This document shows, in pieces, positions 59,913 through 64,000 of a stretch of DNA of 64,000 bases. The first letter of the stretch is position 1. Each line of letters opens with the position of its first letter. Position numbers and translations under genes: made by a program. The notes under the pieces are model-generated. The model ran no database searches, had not been told where the DNA came from, and worked only from the letters and a program-made list of their open reading frames with translations. Origin of the DNA: Podarcis muralis (lineage: Eukaryota); NCBI RefSeq assembly GCF_964188315.1, contig NC_135658.1, forward strand, positions 68,448,001 through 68,512,000. Direction: 5' to 3'.

Positions 59913-60708
59913 TAGTTCTAGGCTGTCTTTTTTGGTGGGGTGGGGGTGGGGAGTCCTCTGAAGGAAATACACATAAAAAGAATAAAACACTTCCAAGAAT
60001 TGCAATCAACTGAAAGCAGTAGTAAAGATATTTCAGAAACCACATTCGTACAAAATTCATTCAACACTTAAAAGAAGTAATTGAAAACCTTCAGCAATAT
60101 AACACATCAAAAAGCTATATCCATACGACCTCTTAATTAAAAGTGGGTCAGAATGAATTATTTTTGAGGTTGCTCTGCGGCAGGGGGCAGTGCAGGATAT
60201 ATGTTCCACGGTATATATGGCCAGTTCCAAAAATCTTACTTGGTCCAGTATTATCTGCTGTTAAATCTCTGTGCAATTTTCTCTGGTCTCTACTTTCTGG
60301 ATACTAAACATGATTGACAGTACATTTCCCTCCAGTTATTTGGAAAGAAAGTTCTTTAAAGTGGCCTAGCATCTGAAAACCAACTCAGTCCTGTTTTGAG
60401 TTTTTCAGTTAATTCACTCTAGAGAATGGAGCCAGTACTTTATTGTAGAGTAGATACAGTTAAGCAAATAAAAGAGTTTTTTCCAGCTGATGAATAATGA
60501 TCCACAGCTTGGTGCTAGGTAAAAAAAAATGGGGTAAGTTTCATTGCTAAGATACTGCTGCTGAACAGGTATTACCCCTGGTAGACACCTGCCTCTGTTA
60601 GCACAAGCTCTTTGTGGGAGGCTAAAAAATTCTCTGGGACCTTGCTACTATTTCCGTTGTTTGACTCTTACAGAATAATCTGCATTTATGTTTCTCCTCA
60701 TTTTGCAG

Positions 60709-60789
60709 ATGCTTCAGAAGACTATTTCGACATCTGGGGAACCTGGCATTCAACACTGAAAAGTGGTTCCAAAGATTTAGGAATGACAG
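60709..60789 (+). CDS. ARHGAP6: ARHGAP6 exon 12 ([27 protein letters not shown])
   Basis: tttgcag|AT ... ACAG|gtataa; 81 nt, phase 1 to 1. Confidence 0.95.
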
Positions 60790-61515
60790 GTATAAATTAT
60801 CTTGCTTTTAAAGCATACTTGTATATGTTGCAAGTTTTCGAACATTCACTTCAGAGTATTACATTACTCTGACGTCCTGAATCCCACTCATACAGTTAAC
60901 AGTCTTGTTTCATTATGAATTTTGGCCCCACGAGGGAGTCAGGTGTGCCCTTAGCAGACAATCTAGGATTCCTTTTTAGTAGATTACTCTGGGTTTGGAA
61001 TTGTGACAGGTTCCATTAAGGCTTAGATCACAGGAAGGAGCAGAGCATGGAAGCAGAAGCCTGCCATTAGCGTTCTATAGAGAGCAAGCAAGGGCAAGAA
61101 AAATAAAAAAGATCCGTTTTAACTGGGGGGCGAGGGGCAAGGGCGGGGAGAACCAGAAGTTATTTCTCTCCTAGAATAGACTTGTGCCTTGTACTTTTGC
61201 TTTGTCTCCAAGGAAGAGCGATTCCTATCACCCTGTCTTCCCAGACTCTGGCTTTCTGTGTCCTTGATTGGGTGACTGCTCAAGGCTGTCACTGCTGTCT
61301 ATAAGCTTCTGTGGCCTTATATGAACCCTGAACTTTGGATGACTTGCATACGCCCATGCCCCACGCCTTTCCATTCTGGACACAGCTTTTGGCTTCTCGA
61401 GTGAAGAGAGGTGTTTCTTGGGCAGCCTGAAGTAGACTGGAGGCAGTCCTAGATGGTTGCTATCAGGAGGTTACCCCATGATAGCCATGTCTCTTGTGTG
61501 TTTGATTTAATACCT

Positions 61516-61870
61516 GGTGCGGGTGGCGCTGTGGGTTCAACCACAGAGCCTAGGACTTGCCAATCAGAAGGTCGGCAGTTCGAATCCCCGTGATGGGGTG
61601 AGCTTCCATTGTTCAGTCCCTGCTCCTGCCAACCTAGCAGTTCAAAAGCACATCAAAGTGCAAGTAGATAAATAGGTACTGCTCTGGCGGGAAGGTAAAC
61701 AGCGTTTCTGTGTGCTGCTCTGGTTCGCCAGAAGCAGTTTAGTCATGCTGGCCACTTGACCCGGAAGCTGTACGCCAGCTCCCTCAGCCAATAAAGTGAG
61801 ATGAGCGCCGCGACCCCAGAGCCAGCCACGACTGGACCCAATGGTCAGGGGTCCCTTTACCTTTACCTTT
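61516..61870 (+). mobile_element. Sauria SINE copy 8
   Basis: A and B boxes, full body, (ACCTTT)n tail; no clear TSD. Confidence 0.93.
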
Positions 61871-62491
61871 AAGTGGAGGTTCTGTTTAGAAATTGGAGGT
61901 TCCATTTAGCTAATAGCTACCACTCGGCAGACATTTAGAAGATAGTTCAACTTTTGTTTTTTAATGCCATCCAACCAGTGGTGATAACCACATCTTGTGG
62001 TGAGGAGAAGCCATAAGCTATGTATGTATTATATGAAAAATTAATTTTGCTCCGATGTTACTGCTAATCAGTTTCATCAGGTGACCATGTGTTCTGGAAA
62101 TAGGAATAAGAAAGAGAGATTTCTTCTGTCTTTTCAGACCTTTAAAAAAGAAAAAAGCTGGCACCTCAGGTGCAACATTTTATATTTTGACATTTCAAGC
62201 AGAGAACTAGGTTCTCCTGAAGGCCCTAGATAGTCAAAATATTGTGGTGGCATTCCAGTGCAAAGCAGACTACCCTTGGCTATATTACCTTAGGGTAGCT
62301 TGCACACATGAGCAAAGGTATGTGTATTAAAGTCACCTACAGTATTTTATATTAGTAGGCTGCAGTCCTGTCCTAATATAATTGTGCTTACGTTATGTAA
62401 GATCTTGGTGCCTGTATTTTTGCTGCTGCTTAAATGTTGTGTCAAAAGTTACTATATGCTTTATTGACAAACCTTCTCCATGGGCCTGTAG

Positions 62492-63198
62492 GGTCATACG
62501 GAGACATCTACGAGAGCAGCTCACTGCGTCCAGGGCACTGCTCTCTTTCTCAAGGGAACCTGTCTTCACCTCGGTGGCAGGGGAGCGCCACAGAATTAGA
62601 CAATGGAAAGCAAATTATCCGAAGGAGTCAGACAACAACTGCCCTTCAGGAATGCCGCCCTCATCCTCCCCTTTCTCGGATTTGCAGCACCCCGCAAATG
62701 GAAGTTGGCCGGAGGAATTCCAGCCAGTGTGATTCGGAGCAGCATTTTCCTACGAGTAACGCACAGCACCTTGCGGAGCGTGACTCGGATGCCGCTTGTT
62801 TGCACAACGCAGTGAACCCGTTGTACCCGAGGCAGGGCGAAGCACTTTGGAAAGATAGGCCTCCGCCGCCACCTTATCCTGACAAGTCAAAGCAGAGTTC
62901 TTCCTCGTGCCTTCAGCCAACGGTCTCTCCAGCAGAACATCCGCTGTGGAGGCTCCAGAGGGCAGAATCCCGATCCGGGGCCACGGGAGCAAGAATAATG
63001 GCGCAGGTGCCTGAACAGTCTGCCCTGTTTGAGGAGCAGCCGGACAAAACGGAGAGAGAGTGCTCCACCACAGACAGCGAGCAGAACAGTAAAAATCTGT
63101 CAGAACCAGATTGGCATGACTGGCAAAGGGATCGATGGCAGATCTGGGAGATTTTATCGCCTGATAATCCAGATGCCCTTCCTGAAACATTAGTATGA
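62492..63198 (+). CDS. ARHGAP6: ARHGAP6 terminal coding exon 13 (GSYGDIYESSSLR...WQIWEILSPDNPDALPETLV*)
   Basis: ctgtag|GG, phase 1; TGA at 63196-63198; the C-terminus matches ARHGAP6. Confidence 0.96.
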
Positions 63199-64000
63199 GT
63201 AGAAACCAGCACTGGCCATGCTTTTTTTTCCAGCTGAAGAAGGAAAGGTAATGGTGGACTGGATTCTAGCTTTTATTGCAAACAAATGTCATTTAATTTA
63301 AAACAACAACAACAACAACAACGTTCACTTTATAAAATAATTTTAATAGCATTGTAAAAAAAAATATGAAAAAAAAATTATATTGCTGGTTTTGCAATCA
63401 TCAGAGGAAGGGAAAATTACATGACAGTTCCAGATCTAACCACTCTGTAAAATATAAGCTGTGTGTACATTAAAAACTACAGCCTTGGTGTTGCTAAGAT
63501 GTATTTATGTATCTGCCATTCAGATGCTTGTATATTCTGCAAAAGTTTTTTTGGGGGTTTTTTTTGGTACGGTAGTATTGTGTTCATATGCAGAAAACAA
63601 GCAACCTTAACTGCTTTTTTTAAAAGAAAAAAAAATATTTTAATCACTGCACTTATATTACCACAAGATGCATTGAGGCTCTCTTGAAGGTGCACAAGCT
63701 GGTTTCTGTGCTTTTAATTTAGCCTGTCTGTGGGAGACATATATTTTCACTGCCTACGAAAAACACTAATGTGGGATGAAACAGTTAAAAAGCCATATAT
63801 TTTATAGTGAGCAAGTTAGAGAGTAAGTGTATGTACCATGTTATTTGCTTTCAAGCAAAAGAATTAAAAATTTGATGCAATATGGTAAAGATAGATATAT
63901 ATATTTAGAATCTTATTAGAAGGCAATTTTGTTAACCCTTCAGAAGCAAGGCCGCGCCTACACCAACCAAACAAAGGGAGCTCAAATTCCTGCCTCCCAT
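63199..64000 (+). other. ARHGAP6: ARHGAP6 3' UTR (AT-rich); candidate variant poly(A) signals ATTAAA at 63469 and 63863
   Basis: Follows the stop codon. I saw no canonical AATAAA. ATTAAA at 63469 has TGTA upstream and TG/T-rich sequence downstream. The true 3' end is undetermined. Confidence 0.6.

Noticed and set aside
25922-61905. Recurring similar ORFs (VKVKGPLTIRSS...; at 25922, 44949, 45936, 52861, 58339, 61642) resembling a gene family
   Set aside because: All are chance translations of the Sauria SINE reverse strand.
62596-63212. Overlapping ORFs of 69-146 aa on and opposite the last exon
   Set aside because: Expected by-products of a GC-richer coding exon; no promoter or splice support.

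Overview
This is eukaryotic genomic DNA from a squamate reptile, most likely a lacertid lizard, judged from its Sauria SINE and Bov-B content. The + strand carries the 3' part of ARHGAP6 (RhoGAP): 12 coding exons (orthologous exons 2-13, 20105-63198) that I spliced by hand. All junctions are GT-AG, the phases are consistent, and they give 2373 nt = 790 codons plus stop; exon 1 lies upstream of the window. Nested antisense in ARHGAP6 intron 1, and missed by the ORF track, is the 5' end of the enamel gene amelogenin: promoter (reversed CCAAT + TATA-like box), non-coding exon 1 and signal-peptide exon 2 (MEGWTIVMCLLSTTFAIP, 567-514). The rest of amelogenin lies left of the window. The introns hold a layered TE record: 8 Sauria SINEs, 2 young Bov-B LINE pieces, CR1/L1/L2-type relics, tRNA-headed CR1-tailed SINEs, Tigger-, Tc2- and hAT-type MITEs, a solo LTR and a degenerate ~179-bp tandem repeat. 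I see no prokaryotic-type system. The nesting itself is known in tetrapods. The best candidates for undescribed biology are an in-frame upstream AUG in amelogenin, an LTR promoter ahead of ARHGAP6 exon 2, an intron-4 read-through/polyadenylation isoform, and a SINE with a ~90-100 bp flanking duplication. Family names come from recalled consensus sequences, not database searches.
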